Assembly (NCBI GenBank): GCA_038144855.1
Contig: JAYQOO010000001.1
Span: 74,931 to 138,930 of the forward strand
Length of the DNA stretch: 64,000 nt
Direction of reading: 5' to 3'
Origin: Acidimicrobiia bacterium
GTDB taxonomy: Bacteria; Acidobacteriota; Vicinamibacteria; Vicinamibacterales; UBA2999
Within the stretch, counting starts at the first letter, position 1; each line of letters starts with the position of its first letter. Shown in pieces: positions 62,724 to 64,000 of the stretch. Position numbers and translations under genes: made by a program. The notes beneath the pieces were generated by a model. The model had not been told where the DNA came from. It did no database searches and was given only the letters and a program-made list of their open reading frames with translations.

Positions 62724-64000
62724 CCCTTCGCAGGGAGCGTCGGATGCCGAGCTCCTTGCCATCCTCGCCGAACTGGCCCGAGAGGTCAGTTCGGTGTTGG
62801 ATCTCGATGATCTGCTCGCAAAGATCCCCAACCTCATTTCGCGGCTGACGCAGTTCACGGTGTTCTCCGTCTACTTACTGGACGAGCAACGCGAGGAACT
62901 GAGCATTGCCTACGCCGTCGGCTACCCCGAGGAGATCGTCCGCCACTTCACGCTGAAGCTGGGACAGGGCACGGTCGGCAGCGCCGTTGCCGAGCAACGA
63001 CCCATCAAGCTGGACGACGTTGACGCCGATCCGCGCTACCTGGCGGTGGTGCCTGGCGCGAAATCGCAACTGGCCGTGCCGCTCCGTAACAAGGGCAAGG
63101 TGATCGGCGCGCTGAACCTGCTGAGCGAAAAGCCGGCGGCGTTCACCGACCGCGACGAGTGGATCCTGCGCCAGTTCGGCGCGCACGTCGCCCAGGCCAT
63201 TGCCACCGCCCGGCTGTTCGAGTCCGAGCGCGAGTACGCCGAAACGCTGGAAACGCTGGCCGAGATTGGCCGGGAAATGAGCGCGATCCTGGATCCTGAC
63301 GAGCTGCTGACCAGGCTTGCGCAGTTGATCAAGCGGGTCATCGACTATCGCATCTTCGGCATCGCGCTGCTCGACGAAGAGACGCAGTCACTCGACCTCA
63401 AGGTGACGATCAGGTTCGGTGATGATCCACGCGCGGTGACGCCCGTCAAGCTGGGTGACGGGCTGGTCGGCTACGCGGCGCTTCACAAAGAAGTGGTGCT
63501 GGTCCCGGACGTGACCAAAGATCCCCGCTACATAGACGCGGTGCCGGGCGTGCGTTCGGAGCTGGTGGTGCCGCTGCTGCTGAAGGATCGCTGCATCGGC
63601 GTGTTCGACCTCGAGAGCCCCGAAGTAAATGCGTTCAACAAAAAGCACGTGAAACTGTTGACGCTGCTGGCCTCGGAAGCGGCCGTGGCGATCGAGAATG
63701 CGCGGCTGGTCGAGTCGATCAAAGCCAACGAGGCACGATTCGAAAAGGAACTGCGCTTCGCACAGCGCGTGCAGATGGCGCTATTGCCGCAGGAGCTGCC
63801 AAAGCGGCTGCGCGGCGTGGACGTCGCCTGGCACTTCGACCCGGCGCGCGAACTGGGCGGCGACCTTTGCGACTTCCTGTCACCGGAACCGAACACTCTG
63901 GTCGTGGCTCTCGGCGACGTGTCGGGCAAGGGTGTGCCGGCGGCGCTGTACAGCGCCGCGATTGGCGAGATGGTGCGCGGCCGTACCTTCAGGCGACGGC
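62701..64000 (+). CDS. GAF-GAF-SpoIIE (PP2C-type) phosphatase, partial (runs off the window end)
   Basis: Hand translation from GTG 62701: LAELAREVSSVLDLDDLL (GAF), second GAF, ELRFAQRVQMALLP, GGDLCDF, LGDVSGKGVPAAL. Absent from the ORF track. Confidence 0.92.
   Translation, partial: MERTQHSSPSQGASDAELLAILAELAREVSSVLDLDDLLAKIPNLISRLTQFTVFSVYLLDEQREELSIAYAVGYPEEIVRHFTLKLGQGTVGSAVAEQRPIKLDDVDADPRYLAVVPGAKSQLAVPLRNKGKVIGALNLLSEKPAAFTDRDEWILRQFGAHVAQAIATARLFESEREYAETLETLAEIGREMSAILDPDELLTRLAQLIKRVIDYRIFGIALLDEETQSLDLKVTIRFGDDPRAVTPVKLGDGLVGYAALHKEVVLVPDVTKDPRYIDAVPGVRSELVVPLLLKDRCIGVFDLESPEVNAFNKKHVKLLTLLASEAAVAIENARLVESIKANEARFEKELRFAQRVQMALLPQELPKRLRGVDVAWHFDPARELGGDLCDFLSPEPNTLVVALGDVSGKGVPAALYSAAIGEMVRGRTFRRR

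Overview
GC-rich bacterial chromosome segment spanning the replication origin. Gene content and style suggest Acidobacteriota, possibly Vicinamibacterales (inference). Order: serS(partial)/galU, FmdB-like, DUF885, rsmI-glmU-glmS-pcrA, lipoprotein-gyrA-gyrB-dnaN-dnaA (minus), rpmH-rnpA-yidD-yidC-jag-mnmE-mnmG-rsmG-parA-parB-selD, a partial atp operon (b', b, delta, alpha, gamma, beta, epsilon), wzm/wzt, rfaE2, mfd, surA-like, a NusG paralogue, dusB and neuB. Next is a decayed patch (S41 fragment, M48-like pseudogene, MNT-HEPN), then a signalling cluster (NtrC-type activator, small HTH, stand-alone HisKA, sigma28-like factor, PAS hybrid kinase), then transport and metabolic genes. Main observations not in the ORF track: (1) families of 7-, 8- and 9-nt-period repeats and short palindromes at many gene junctions, overlapping stop codons, replacing or supplying ribosome-binding sites, and occurring in frame inside genes; (2) a complete sigma54 promoter (two enhancer-like sites, IHF site, -24/-12) in front of the sigma28-like gene, next to a possible kinase > stand-alone HisKA > activator relay; (3) selD with an in-frame UGA and a SECIS-like hairpin; (4) two perfect parS sites and a frameshifted parA; (5) compact bidirectional, near-leaderless promoters; (6) a ~220-bp inverted-repeat element and a GGDEF remnant. 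No tRNA, rRNA, CRISPR array, transposase or integrase was recognised. All calls come from reading motifs by eye; no searches were run.
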